Assembly (NCBI GenBank): GCA_015523295.1
Contig: WAKQ01000010.1
Coordinates: 59,021-123,020 of the forward strand
Source: Desulfurococcales archaeon
GTDB taxonomy: Archaea; Thermoproteota; Thermoprotei_A; Sulfolobales; NBVN01
Direction: 5' to 3'
Length of the DNA stretch: 64,000 bases
How positions within the stretch are numbered: position 1 is the first letter of the stretch; each line of letters starts with the position of its first letter. Under the pieces are notes generated by a model. The model did not search any database. It was not told the origin of the DNA and saw only the letters and a list, made by a program, of their open reading frames with translations. Made by a program: the position numbers and the translations under genes. Below are positions 1 through 9,928 of this stretch, piece after piece.

Positions 1-20
1 AAGAAAAACATTTAATTCAC

Positions 21-1319
21 TTGCATTATATATTCACGTGGTGCCCTGCAATGGGCTTCTGGAAAAGATACCTTGAATTCCCTGTAATTTGGAAAATTAC
101 TATCGGCTTCATAATAGGGATTATCGTCGGCTTAATAGTAGGTCCTCAAGCAGTAGTGCTGCAGCCTCTAGGCACATTCTTCCTAAGGCTCTTGAAGATG
201 ATAGTGATGCCGTTAATATTCTTCACATTAGTATTAGGTGCTGCCTCGATAAATCCGAAGACTTTGGGTAAGGCTGGAGGTGTAGTGATAGTAATATATA
301 TCATAACTTCGTTTATAGCGGCCACTATAGGCATCTCGCTAGCTCTAGCCTTCCATCCTGGTCAGGGGTTCACGTTAGCTGGTGTTACGTATAAGCCACC
401 TAAGCCGGTGAACTTCCTTCAAACAGTCCTTTCATGGATACCTACCAACCCCTTCGGGGCTTTAGCCCAGTTTCAAGTCATACCTACGATAATATTTGCC
501 TTGTTTGTTGGGATATCTCTAGCTTACCTGAGGGTCTCTGAGGTAAGCAGGATTAAAGAAGCGGCTGAGGTCACGTATAAGGTCTTTGATGCGTTATCGG
601 AGGTTATGTATAAGATAGTTAGGTTTGTGCTGGAGGTGGCTCCTTACGGTGTCTTTGCTCTCATAGCAATAAATATAGGGAAGGTGGGTATAGGCCTCCT
701 CATACCTTATGGCAGATTAATCGGCGTTGAGGCCCTGGGCGTGGCCATACAGATAGGTGTGGTGTATACGTCGATACTGTTGATAGGGAGGATAAACCCG
801 ATTAAGTTCTTCAGGGCGGCGGCAGAGCCTATGGTCACAGCCTTCGTAACCAGGAGTAGCTCTGGGACGTTGCCCGTTACGATGAGGGCCGCTGAAGAGA
901 AGCTAGGTATAGACAGAGGTCTGTATTCGTTCACCCTGCCCTTAGGTGCTACGATTAACATGGATGGCACAGCTATTTACATGACGGCGGTCGCCGTCTT
1001 CGCTGCGGATATCGTCGGGAGGACTTTGACTGCAGGCGAGATTGCCACAGTAGTTACTGCCGCTGTGATGGCTTCAGTGGGTGCTGCAGGTGTGCCTAGC
1101 GCAGGTCTGATAATGCTTACAGTAACCCTAGGTTCTGTAGGCTTGCCCTTCGAGGTCATCGGTCTTGTGGCAGGGATTGACGTCATCCTTGACATGATTA
1201 GGACTATGAATAACGTGACTGGTGACCTAACCGTGACGACGTTCACGGCTAAGCTCTTCCATCTAATAGACTTCAGTAAAGGTGTGTGGGCTGAAGGTAA
1301 AAAGGAGGAGGCAGCCTAG
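21..1319 (+). CDS. Dicarboxylate/amino acid:cation symporter (DAACS, GltP/GltPh family)
   Basis: 432-aa polytopic membrane ORF. Family motifs RSSSGTLPVT, NMDGTA and DMIRTMNNVTGD are present. The real start is probably the ATG at 51 (MGFWKRY). Confidence 0.85.
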   Translation: MHYIFTWCPAMGFWKRYLEFPVIWKITIGFIIGIIVGLIVGPQAVVLQPLGTFFLRLLKMIVMPLIFFTLVLGAASINPKTLGKAGGVVIVIYIITSFIAATIGISLALAFHPGQGFTLAGVTYKPPKPVNFLQTVLSWIPTNPFGALAQFQVIPTIIFALFVGISLAYLRVSEVSRIKEAAEVTYKVFDALSEVMYKIVRFVLEVAPYGVFALIAINIGKVGIGLLIPYGRLIGVEALGVAIQIGVVYTSILLIGRINPIKFFRAAAEPMVTAFVTRSSSGTLPVTMRAAEEKLGIDRGLYSFTLPLGATINMDGTAIYMTAVAVFAADIVGRTLTAGEIATVVTAAVMASVGAAGVPSAGLIMLTVTLGSVGLPFEVIGLVAGIDVILDMIRTMNNVTGDLTVTTFTAKLFHLIDFSKGVWAEGKKEEAA

Positions 1320-1367
1320 GTCATTATTTTTAACTCTAAATTATCAAGTACAAAGTGGTAGGTTTCC

Positions 1368-2561
1368 GTGCTGGATGAATGGTTCTCAGCTTTATCTATC
1401 CTTAGATGCACACGTTGCGGTAAGACTTACGACCCTAACGAGTTGAACACTGTTTGCCCTGCATGTAAAGGGGTTCTCTACGCTGAATACGATATCGAGA
1501 AGGTTAAGGAGAGACTGACATGGGATGTTATTAAGAGTAGGCCGAGAACCCTTGGGCTCTGGAGGTATTATGAGCTCCTTCCGGTTAGGAGGCGTGAAAA
1601 CGTGGTGAGCTTGGGTGAGGGGGCGACACCGTTGCTTAAAGCAGCCGGTTTGGGTAAGGCATTAGGGCTCAGCAACCTCTATATAAAGGATGAGTCGCTA
1701 AACCCTACGGGGACCTTCAAGGCTAGGGGTGTGGCTGTAGCTCTTTCTAAAGGTATTGAGTTAGGAGTTAGGAAGTTTGCAATGCCTTCAGCTGGGAATG
1801 CGGGTGCTGCCTTAGCGGCATATGCCGCTAAGGCAGGTGTGGAATCAGTCATATATGCACCTAAGTCAACCCCCATAGCGATGATTACGGAGATAAGGGC
1901 CTATGGCGCCAGGCTAACCCTTGTGGAGGGCTCCATCTCGGATGCGGCCAGAGAGCTGTCAAAGAGGGAAAAGGACGTCTTCGACATAACTACGATGAAG
2001 GAGCCTTACAGGGTTGAGGGTAAGAAAACTATGGGCTTCGAGATCGTTGAGCAGTTGGGTAGGGCTCCAGATGTTGTAATTTATCCTACGGGGGGAGGCA
2101 CGGGCCTCCTAGGGATATGGAAAGGGATGCTTGAATTGAGGGAGGCAGGCCTGTTAAAAGATGAGAGTATGCCTAGGATGGTTGCAGTGCAGTCTACAGG
2201 ATGCAACCCTATAGTTGAGGCGTTCAGGAAGGGTTGGGAGGAGGTGAAACCGCCTTCCAACCCCCAGACCATAGCAGCAGGCATTAGGGTTCCTAAGCCC
2301 TATGCAGATTACCTTATTCTTAAGGTTCTTCGTGAGAGCGGCGGTCTAGCTTTGGAAGTTACTGATGCTGAAATAATTGAGGCAGTTAAGGAGATGGCGA
2401 GGTTTGAAGGCCTCCTTCCATGCCCCGAAGGGGCTGCGACATTAGCAGGTCTCAAGAAGATGGTGAATGCCGGACAGATAGATAAGAGTGAGGAGGTAGT
2501 TCTGATTAACACAGGCTCAGGCCTCAAGTATATGGATGTTTTCTTGAGATATGGTCTTTAA
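1368..2561 (+). CDS. thrC: Threonine synthase (fold-type II PLP enzyme) with N-terminal Zn ribbon
   Basis: CTRCG..x..CPACKG zinc ribbon. PLP-lysine motif NPTGTFKARG, then SAGNAG and the glycine loop PTGGGTG. 397 aa. Confidence 0.85.
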   Translation: MLDEWFSALSILRCTRCGKTYDPNELNTVCPACKGVLYAEYDIEKVKERLTWDVIKSRPRTLGLWRYYELLPVRRRENVVSLGEGATPLLKAAGLGKALGLSNLYIKDESLNPTGTFKARGVAVALSKGIELGVRKFAMPSAGNAGAALAAYAAKAGVESVIYAPKSTPIAMITEIRAYGARLTLVEGSISDAARELSKREKDVFDITTMKEPYRVEGKKTMGFEIVEQLGRAPDVVIYPTGGGTGLLGIWKGMLELREAGLLKDESMPRMVAVQSTGCNPIVEAFRKGWEEVKPPSNPQTIAAGIRVPKPYADYLILKVLRESGGLALEVTDAEIIEAVKEMARFEGLLPCPEGAATLAGLKKMVNAGQIDKSEEVVLINTGSGLKYMDVFLRYGL

Positions 2562-2633
2562 TATGGGTTAAGGTTTTGGATGTGAATAGATTGATTGCTT
2601 GGGAAGGCTCCTTTCCTCTCATATAATAATTAG

Positions 2634-4085
2634 TTAGTGGCGACGTTTGAGTGATGTAGTTAGAAGTATTCCTATTATACCTCCAACAAGTATAATTATT
2701 ATTGCTGGGATCAGGTGGTCTTTATACACTACGTTTACATGTTCTGGGTTTGATGATGAGTTAGCTAATGAGGTTTGCTGAGATGTTGTTGGGATGTTGG
2801 TGGTTCTAGACGAGCTATATGGTGTAATGGAAGTTGTGCTTGAGGGTGTGAATTCGCTTCCATTATTCAATTGAGGTTGGGTGGTACTTACAGCTGTTGA
2901 AGTGGTTGTGTTGAAACTAGTATGCGTTGTTGGCGTGGTCGTAGATGAGACGTTGATTCTTGATGAGTTTTGCGGCGGGGTTTCAGCAGTTAGCGCTTCC
3001 TTGATCAACTGGATATACTTGCTAATCTTAGGATAAAGTACTGTGCTGAGGTTCCCCGTCTTTAAGGCATTGAGGAGGTCTTCCGGTACGGAACCTTCAG
3101 GATACACTTCCAGTATTTCAGCATACCTGTAGAGACTTAACTCCTGCTTCAATTCTTCAACTTCCTTGCTAGTTACATTAGCCTCCGTGGTCTCACCTGT
3201 TATTATGGAGGGGTATTTAATCAATGCACCTGCCAGGAAGTCGAGTGATATCCATCCCTTGCCTGGAAGGTACATCAGCACATATGCATGCGGACCGGCA
3301 TTTATATAGGTGATGTACGAGCCTTCAACATCGAAGGTGGAGTTGAATGGGAGGTAGACATAGGAATACTGGATCTTCGCAGGTATGCCGTAGCCCCATA
3401 GGAGGTTAATGAGGACTCTTGACATGTCGTCGCAGTCGCCTGTCCTATTCTCCACGACGTCTTCGATGGAGCGCGGTAGGGCTGATGCACTGTATTTTAT
3501 ATAATATTGCCCGTAGATAAAGATAGCCGCAGCTACACCTAAGAAAGCTTTAGACACATTGCTTGGAAGGTAACTGTTCTTCTTTAGCCAAGACTCGAAG
3601 GCACTTCTAACTGTGGTGTTCACTATGGGTAACGGCTTCTTAATATATTTCGACGTTATCTCATGCGGAGTATTATTGTAGATCCCTGAAAAAATCAAGG
3701 GATTCTTCACTATCTCAAACACTAATCCTGAGATGTTCTTCACCTGCTGTGTTATTTTGAGGACCACATAGCCGTAGGTGTTATTGCTCATGTTCATCGC
3801 GTATGGCGGGGTATTGTTCACTACCCTCGCCTCACCCCCTATCGCTATAGTGGTGACCGTCTGGTTTACAGTGCCATCACTATAGTTTATCGGGGTCTCG
3901 AAGTAACCGGGGGACTCATTGTTGCTGTAAACCACGTACGCATAGTCAAAGTAGTAGAACACGTTCCTGCTTATTGAGTAGCTGGTCTGTCCTGCACCAC
4001 CACTGCTCACGTTTAATGAGAGTAAGAGAATAAAGAGGAGCAGTAAACTCATAGACTTGCTAAATACTGTGCGACTATCTTTCAA
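2634..4085 (-). CDS. Secreted transglutaminase-like (Cys-protease fold) protein with Ser/Thr-rich stalk and C-terminal TM anchor
   Basis: N-terminal signal-like segment (LLLLFILLLSLNVSS). Transglutaminase-core-like GDCDDMSRVLINLLWGYGIPA with a downstream His/Asp. About 90 aa of S/T/P-rich sequence, many NxS/T sequons, and a terminal hydrophobic helix followed by KRRH. Confidence 0.55.
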   Translation of the reverse strand: MKDSRTVFSKSMSLLLLFILLLSLNVSSGGAGQTSYSISRNVFYYFDYAYVVYSNNESPGYFETPINYSDGTVNQTVTTIAIGGEARVVNNTPPYAMNMSNNTYGYVVLKITQQVKNISGLVFEIVKNPLIFSGIYNNTPHEITSKYIKKPLPIVNTTVRSAFESWLKKNSYLPSNVSKAFLGVAAAIFIYGQYYIKYSASALPRSIEDVVENRTGDCDDMSRVLINLLWGYGIPAKIQYSYVYLPFNSTFDVEGSYITYINAGPHAYVLMYLPGKGWISLDFLAGALIKYPSIITGETTEANVTSKEVEELKQELSLYRYAEILEVYPEGSVPEDLLNALKTGNLSTVLYPKISKYIQLIKEALTAETPPQNSSRINVSSTTTPTTHTSFNTTTSTAVSTTQPQLNNGSEFTPSSTTSITPYSSSRTTNIPTTSQQTSLANSSSNPEHVNVVYKDHLIPAIIIILVGGIIGILLTTSLKRRH

Positions 4086-4153
4086 TACTGGATACCTTAA
4101 GAAAAAGGTATCTTAAGCCCCTTAAACTATTTTGCCTTCCTTGAACTGATAAC

Positions 4154-5089
4154 ATGATATGTTGGGGTGCGGTAATGGTGATGGATGAGTTCTCAGCTAT
4201 TAGGAGGTTCTTAAAGCCTCTTGCTGAAACATATAAGAAAGGCGGAATTGGCTTCATGGATGATGCGTATGCGATACGCTTAGGTGAAACCTTAGTATTC
4301 ATTAAGATTGACGGCACCTCAATTAAGTCATCAATGTATCCTTGGATGGGTTATGACGACCTAATCTATAGGGTGGCAGCTGGCGCCATAGTAGACGTTA
4401 TCGCTAAGGGTGGGAGGCCTACAGTCATTACCGCGTCTATTGGGTTACCAGCAGATGAGTTGCCTAAGTCATTAGATCCCTTAAGTAATGGTTTATCAAG
4501 GCTCATAGAGAGATACGGCCTTATTTACGGAGGCGGAGATCTCAACTCATCCATCGGAGATGGGTGGATTGATATAGGTGTATTAGGTTATGGGGACAAG
4601 TTTATCCCTAATAAACCTCTCAGACCTGGGGACAAGATCTTTATCACTGGCTGCCTGGGGTTATCTGCTATCCCAGCCTTAATTCATTACAAGGGCCTGG
4701 AAGATAAATATATTAACAGGGTGAAAGGGAGAGTTGTTAACCCACATATTCCAGTGGAATTTCTAAGCGTTAAGAATAAAGTAAGGGCATCCACTGACAT
4801 CAGCGATGGATTAGAATCCTTAAGGAAAGCCCTTAACTTAAGCGGTGTGGCACTAAAAATTTCTGAGGAACCCCCCCTCTGCAAGGAGGCAGTAGAGTTC
4901 GCAGAGATGTACAGTCTAACAGTAAGTGATATCTTAGGGTATTTGGGTGAGGAGTTCGTTATCGCTTATGTCAGCGAGGAAGGGAGACATTACCTTGGTG
5001 AGATAGTGGAAGGTCCTTCAGGCCAGATACTATATAAGGATAAGGTTTTAAGAGGGGGCTGGGACAACTTCCTCGGCTTCATGAAGTAG
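4154..5089 (+). CDS. thiL: Thiamine-monophosphate kinase (AIR-synthase/PurM-like fold)
   Basis: Motifs GFMDDAYAI...FIKIDG and GGGDLNSS, with a size typical of ThiL. The likely start is the internal ATG at 4175 or 4181 (MDEFSAI). Confidence 0.65.
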   Translation: MICWGAVMVMDEFSAIRRFLKPLAETYKKGGIGFMDDAYAIRLGETLVFIKIDGTSIKSSMYPWMGYDDLIYRVAAGAIVDVIAKGGRPTVITASIGLPADELPKSLDPLSNGLSRLIERYGLIYGGGDLNSSIGDGWIDIGVLGYGDKFIPNKPLRPGDKIFITGCLGLSAIPALIHYKGLEDKYINRVKGRVVNPHIPVEFLSVKNKVRASTDISDGLESLRKALNLSGVALKISEEPPLCKEAVEFAEMYSLTVSDILGYLGEEFVIAYVSEEGRHYLGEIVEGPSGQILYKDKVLRGGWDNFLGFMK

Positions 5090-5153
5090 CTAAATAGTTT
5101 ACATCAGTAGATAACTTTTAATTTTAACACTGTATAAGTCATTACAGAGGTAC

Positions 5154-8100
5154 ATGAAGATGGGTACAGAATCCAGTAGTTCTGAAGGTGCATCGAAAAG
5201 CAAGGCCCCTCTTAAAGTGTCTGTGTTCGATCCGATAAGGAGAGTTGTTAGGATAGCAGATAGGGAGATCAAAATAGGTGGGCCCCTCCCTAAGGTTAGG
5301 GAAGGGGAGAAGCTGATAAGATACACTCAGTCCATCTGCCCCTACTGCTACAGACTGCTTCCTGCAATAATAGTGGAAAGAGACGGGAAATTCTATATAA
5401 GAAAAATATGTCCAGAACATGGTGAGATTGAAGAAGTCTATCAAGGAAGCTCTGAGTGGGCTAAGCGCATAGAGAAGTTCTTCATAGAAGGTAGAGGAAC
5501 CCGCTACGTCTATACTGACTTTACAGCACCATGTCCCTTCAGCTGTGGGTTATGCCCACTACACAAAAACCACACAGCTCTAGCAAACCTGGTGGCTACT
5601 AACAGATGCGACCTAGATTGCTGGTATTGCTTCCCTGAATGGGAGGAAGCTCTGTTTAAGGTTAATGGGAAAATTCAGCTGGTTAAGTTCGGGGAACTTG
5701 CGAAAAGGTTCGGATTTGAGCATAAAGTCGAGATAGATGGGTTCAGGGGGGAGTACTCAATACCAAACGATTTATACGTGCTTTCACTGCGAGGCGGTAA
5801 GGCTGAATGGGTTAGGGTAACTAAGTTCCTTAGAAGAAGGCATGAAGGCGATCTTGTAAAGATAAAGACAAGCTCAGGTAGAGAAATTCATGTAACCCCA
5901 GAACACAAGATTATGGTTGAGGGCCCTGAAGGCCTTGTGAAGAAAAGAGCTGACGAGGTGGAGATAGGGGATAGAGTTAGGATTCTATGCAGCATGAGTC
6001 AAGAAGGATCTATTAGACGGGTAAACCTTTTAGAAGCTTTTAAAAATCTTCCCGAGGAGGAGCAAAGGAAGATTTACGTCCATATCGGTAAAGGGCAGGA
6101 TCTCTCTGTTCTTAAAGAAATCTACGGTGAGAAGGTCTACTCCTGGAGAAGTCAAGGATCAGTGCCTTTGGAAGCTTACTATAAGATGAGCTCTAATTTA
6201 GCCATGGATCCTGAGCTGGGAAGAGATGCCACATCATATACGATGCCTTCCATAATCGAGTTAACTCCTGACTTAGGAAAGCTAATAGGATACTTCATAG
6301 CTGATGGGCACTATACGTACAAGGATCTAAGAATTACAGTAGGTGATGATGATGTTGAGAAGGAAATCTTAGGAATACTTGAAAGGCTTGGACTTCCCTA
6401 TAGCTTTATTGAATGGGAAGGTAAGGCGAGACAGATAGTTATAGGAAGTAGGCTTATGAGATTAGTGTTTAAGCATGTGTTCAAAATACCTGAGGGTGCT
6501 GCTGATAAGAGACTACCTGAGAGGTTCATGGAGTTCCCAAGGGAAGTTAAGTTAGCTATGTTGAGTGGTCTCTTTAACGGAGACGGGTACGTGGAGAAAG
6601 GCACTAGGCATCTCGCAATAGGTTATGCAAGCGTTTCAAAAGGACTGATCAGAGATCTCCTCTACCTCCTTACATCATTAGGCATATTTGCAAGAGTGAG
6701 CAAGGTACCTAAAGAGAAGATGGCTCTAGCAAAACATGATCTTTACAAGATAAAGATCTCAGGGGAGGAAATCAATAAATTCCTCGAGCTGGTAGAGCTG
6801 GTGCCACGACACCTTAAGAAGCTTGGGGTGGTTGGGAAGAGGAGGCCAGCACGTGTTAAGAAGATAGGTGACTATTGTGTTGATACTGTTAAGGAAATTA
6901 CCAGGATTCCCTACAGCGGCTATGTTTATGACCTGGAAGTCGATTCAGAAGATCACTACTTCATCGCTTCAGACGGTCTGCTAGTAAGCAATTGCTTCTT
7001 CTTTGCGGAGAAAGCTGGTTATGTGTATGAACCAACACTTGAGCAGATAGAACACATGGTTAAGGAATATCTGAAGCAGAGGGTGACCCCTGTTATACAG
7101 ATTACCGGTGGTGAGCCAACAATAAGAGAGGATCTTGTGGATATAATTAAGTTGTTGAAGAGGCTTGGTGTCAAGCATATTCAACTGAATACTAACATCA
7201 CTAAGTTCGCTAAGTTATATATTTCTCAAGGGGAGGAAGCAGCTGTTAGATATGCAAGGGAGATCAGGGAAGCGGGGGTAAACACTGTATATATGAGCTT
7301 TGATGGAGTTTCACCAAAGGCCAATCCTAAGAATCATTGGGAGGTCCCCTTTGCGTTCGATGCCTTCAGGAAAGCAGGCATGACTAGCGTTGTTCTGGTT
7401 CCGACAGTGATTAAAGGCGTTAACACAGAGGAATTAGGTGATATAATAAGGTTTGCAGCTATGAATAACGATATTGTTAGAGCGGTTAACTTCCAGCCCG
7501 TGTCCCTTACTGGAGCGATCAAGCGTGGCGATAGGGAAAAGTTGAGAGTCACGATGTATGATACTGTAAAACTTATTGAAGAGCAAACCGGTGGCCAGAT
7601 AACAGTCAATGACTGGTATCCTGTGCCAGTGACTGTATCCATATCTGAGTTCGCTGAGGCCTTAGCAAATGGATTCAAGTTTGAGATGGCCAACCATCCT
7701 GAATGCGGTGTCGGAACCTACGTCTATTATAGGAAGAAAGAGAATGGAGAAGGTTATGAATACATACCCATAACGAGAATGATCGATGTTGAAGGCTTTC
7801 TCACCTACCTCATGGAAAAAGCGATGGAGCTGAAGTCGGGCAAGAGTAAACTACTGGTAGGGACTAAGACGCTCTTCAACATATTTACGAAATTCATCAA
7901 GTGGGATGGCGTTCCTCCAGAGTTAAAGAAGACGCTGCCTAAAGTGTTATACAATATATTCACGAAGCAGTCCTATGAGGCGTTAGGTGAATGGCACTAC
8001 AAATTCATGTTCTTAGGGATGATGCACTTCATGGACTTATACAACTACGATGTTGAGAGAGTCATGAGATGCAACATTCACTACCTCATGCCAGATGGCA

Positions 8101-8366
8101 GGATTATACCCTTCTGCACGTTTAACGTCCTTAACGATATCTACAGAGACTATGTCCAAAAGAAGTATATGATACCACTGGATGAGTGGAAGAAGCTCAA
8201 GGGAGAAAACACTGTGGGTGAACCCATAAAGTATAGAAGAAACTTGGAACTCATAAAGAAGATGACCTCTCACCCACTCTACCTTAAGACATACGGACCC
8301 TTCATCCATAGGTGGAGGAAGCTGTATCCATGGCTCAATATTGAGGGTACTGAGCTGAAAGAGTAA
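5154..8366 (+). CDS. tes: Radical-SAM protein of the tetraether lipid synthase (Tes / GDGT-MAS, MJ0619-like) type, interrupted by an intein
   Basis: N-terminal 4-Cys knuckle CPYC..x..CPEHG and auxiliary-cluster motif CPFSCGLCPLH. The radical-SAM motif CDLDCWY|C is split by a 455-aa insert. Conserved C-terminal region MHFMDLYNYD..RCNIHY..PFCTFN. The spliced product would be about 615 aa. The radical-SAM assignment is firm, while the Tes family assignment is from memory of family motifs. Confidence 0.6.
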   Translation: MKMGTESSSSEGASKSKAPLKVSVFDPIRRVVRIADREIKIGGPLPKVREGEKLIRYTQSICPYCYRLLPAIIVERDGKFYIRKICPEHGEIEEVYQGSSEWAKRIEKFFIEGRGTRYVYTDFTAPCPFSCGLCPLHKNHTALANLVATNRCDLDCWYCFPEWEEALFKVNGKIQLVKFGELAKRFGFEHKVEIDGFRGEYSIPNDLYVLSLRGGKAEWVRVTKFLRRRHEGDLVKIKTSSGREIHVTPEHKIMVEGPEGLVKKRADEVEIGDRVRILCSMSQEGSIRRVNLLEAFKNLPEEEQRKIYVHIGKGQDLSVLKEIYGEKVYSWRSQGSVPLEAYYKMSSNLAMDPELGRDATSYTMPSIIELTPDLGKLIGYFIADGHYTYKDLRITVGDDDVEKEILGILERLGLPYSFIEWEGKARQIVIGSRLMRLVFKHVFKIPEGAADKRLPERFMEFPREVKLAMLSGLFNGDGYVEKGTRHLAIGYASVSKGLIRDLLYLLTSLGIFARVSKVPKEKMALAKHDLYKIKISGEEINKFLELVELVPRHLKKLGVVGKRRPARVKKIGDYCVDTVKEITRIPYSGYVYDLEVDSEDHYFIASDGLLVSNCFFFAEKAGYVYEPTLEQIEHMVKEYLKQRVTPVIQITGGEPTIREDLVDIIKLLKRLGVKHIQLNTNITKFAKLYISQGEEAAVRYAREIREAGVNTVYMSFDGVSPKANPKNHWEVPFAFDAFRKAGMTSVVLVPTVIKGVNTEELGDIIRFAAMNNDIVRAVNFQPVSLTGAIKRGDREKLRVTMYDTVKLIEEQTGGQITVNDWYPVPVTVSISEFAEALANGFKFEMANHPECGVGTYVYYRKKENGEGYEYIPITRMIDVEGFLTYLMEKAMELKSGKSKLLVGTKTLFNIFTKFIKWDGVPPELKKTLPKVLYNIFTKQSYEALGEWHYKFMFLGMMHFMDLYNYDVERVMRCNIHYLMPDGRIIPFCTFNVLNDIYRDYVQKKYMIPLDEWKKLKGENTVGEPIKYRRNLELIKKMTSHPLYLKTYGPFIHRWRKLYPWLNIEGTELKE
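5628..6992 (+). mobile_element. Intein (Hint domain plus LAGLIDADG homing endonuclease), 455 aa, in-frame within the radical-SAM gene
   Basis: Cys1 (CFPEWEEALFKV). Block B IHVTPEHKIMV (TxxH). LAGLIDADG motifs LIGYFIADGHY and LSGLFNGDGYV. Blocks F/G YVYDLEVDSEDHYFIASDGLLVSN followed by the +1 Cys. Excision restores CDLDCWYC. Confidence 0.85.
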
Positions 8367-8401
8367 AAGCCAAGCTTTTTCAAAGTTTTCGCTTTACAGA
8401 T

Positions 8402-9763
8402 TCACTTCTTGTATAACCTAGCTCTATACTCACTGAATAGGTCATCCACCCTACTGACCCAGGCTTTCAATCCCTTACTTTTTTGCGGGTAGTTCATGTA
8501 GGCATCCTTGACTTTACCCATGTAATCCGCTACTATCTTGAGCTGGAGGAGGAGGGACGGCCTTCTCAGTCCGGCAAGGAGTCTCATGGCCTTATCAACA
8601 ATGCCCAGTTCCAGGTCGCCTTTAAGCGATACAGTATTAAGGTCTTCCTCCTTAATCAACTTTTTCCTCATACCGTATTCCAGTTCTTCATCACTTAATT
8701 CCTGAAGGAACATTCTAAAAACATCTAGAGCTGCCTGCTTAGCACCGTATCTGCTCATATAGCATTTATTTACCTCCCATAGGGCGTCATTATCCCATTT
8801 ACCTTGGGCTTCTTCAAGAGCGTGAGAAAGACACCAGGCGGAGAGCATAGCTGAGCCCTTTCCTCCACCATGTATTGGATTTACTGTGTAAGCAGAGTCC
8901 CCTATTGCTGCTATTCCATTCCACACAAGAGTGTTGATAGGTCTCCTTGTGGGAACTGCAGCACCGCCTGACTCAATAACCTTGCTTTCACGAAGTTCAG
9001 CCCTGTTCAGTACTTTGGTATACAATAGGTCCTTCGGATGGGGATAGCCCCTCCCTCCCTGAACGCCTAAACCTATATTAACAGTGTGAGGCTCCATCGA
9101 GTAGGGGAAGAACCACCAGTACCCTCCAGGGGCTTTATCCTTAGAGACGTAAATCCTAAGTATCTCAGGCTCTTCAATATCTTTCTTCAATTCCCGTATC
9201 TCCCTGTAAGCGACATTCATTTCAGTAGGATTCAGCTCATCCCGTATGGGCCACTCACGCGGTAACTTTCTTATAAGTGCTCTAGACATTCCCGTGGCAT
9301 CGACCAGGAGGTTGGTGCTAACTTCCCATGAACCTTTCCTCCTACTCCAAAGGACAGCTCCTTTAACTATGCCGTCCTTGATAACGGGATCCTTGACCTG
9401 GGTTTCTTGGAAGTATTCAGCACCGTTATCAATAGCTAGCCTGATGAATCTCTGTGTGAAGGCAACTCGGTTAACCTCGAAGCCCTCCCCAAGAACCCTA
9501 TACTTCATCCCCTCTGAAGGGGAGTAGACGTCAATACCTCTTACTAAACCCTCAAGTTCCCCATTCCTGGGATACTCTATGCCAAGCTCATCTAAGTGAT
9601 GTTTTCCAATAGCATCTCCGCAGGGCTTATCACCGGCGCGGTGGAAGGGCTTCACATCAGCTAACAATACCTTAAACCCCTTCCTGCTGATGAAGTAAGC
9701 AGCTGAGGCACCCGCTATACCTGCACCAGCTATGACAACATCATATTTTTCCATTAAGGCCAC
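8402..9763 (-). CDS. Geranylgeranyl reductase family flavoprotein (digeranylgeranylglycerophospholipid reductase-like)
   Basis: N-terminal FAD fold YDVVIAGAGIAGASAAY, PCGDAIG motif, GDSAYTVNPIHGGG. 453 aa. Confidence 0.8.
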   Translation of the reverse strand: MALMEKYDVVIAGAGIAGASAAYFISRKGFKVLLADVKPFHRAGDKPCGDAIGKHHLDELGIEYPRNGELEGLVRGIDVYSPSEGMKYRVLGEGFEVNRVAFTQRFIRLAIDNGAEYFQETQVKDPVIKDGIVKGAVLWSRRKGSWEVSTNLLVDATGMSRALIRKLPREWPIRDELNPTEMNVAYREIRELKKDIEEPEILRIYVSKDKAPGGYWWFFPYSMEPHTVNIGLGVQGGRGYPHPKDLLYTKVLNRAELRESKVIESGGAAVPTRRPINTLVWNGIAAIGDSAYTVNPIHGGGKGSAMLSAWCLSHALEEAQGKWDNDALWEVNKCYMSRYGAKQAALDVFRMFLQELSDEELEYGMRKKLIKEEDLNTVSLKGDLELGIVDKAMRLLAGLRRPSLLLQLKIVADYMGKVKDAYMNYPQKSKGLKAWVSRVDDLFSEYRARLYKK

Positions 9764-9928
9764 CTCAATTAAAGTGTTGAAAGGAATTAATAATTAATCA
9801 TTCAGTCAATGAAGGTCCCCGTCGCTCCATCCACATCATCACTCAGTGAGTGTCGTCAGGTCATCCCTAAAACCATTTAATGGTACATCACTAAAAAATC
9901 CGAGGGTTTAGAAATCAGAAAATGCGAG

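Noticed and set aside
9790-9900. C/D-box-like motifs on the minus strand upstream of the zinc-finger gene (GUGAUGA, several CUGA)
   Set aside because: Box spacing does not fit: there are 30 nt between the only good C box and the terminal CUGA, with no plausible C'/D' pair, and the alternative registers need multiple degenerate boxes. This is more likely chance motifs in a promoter or leader region.
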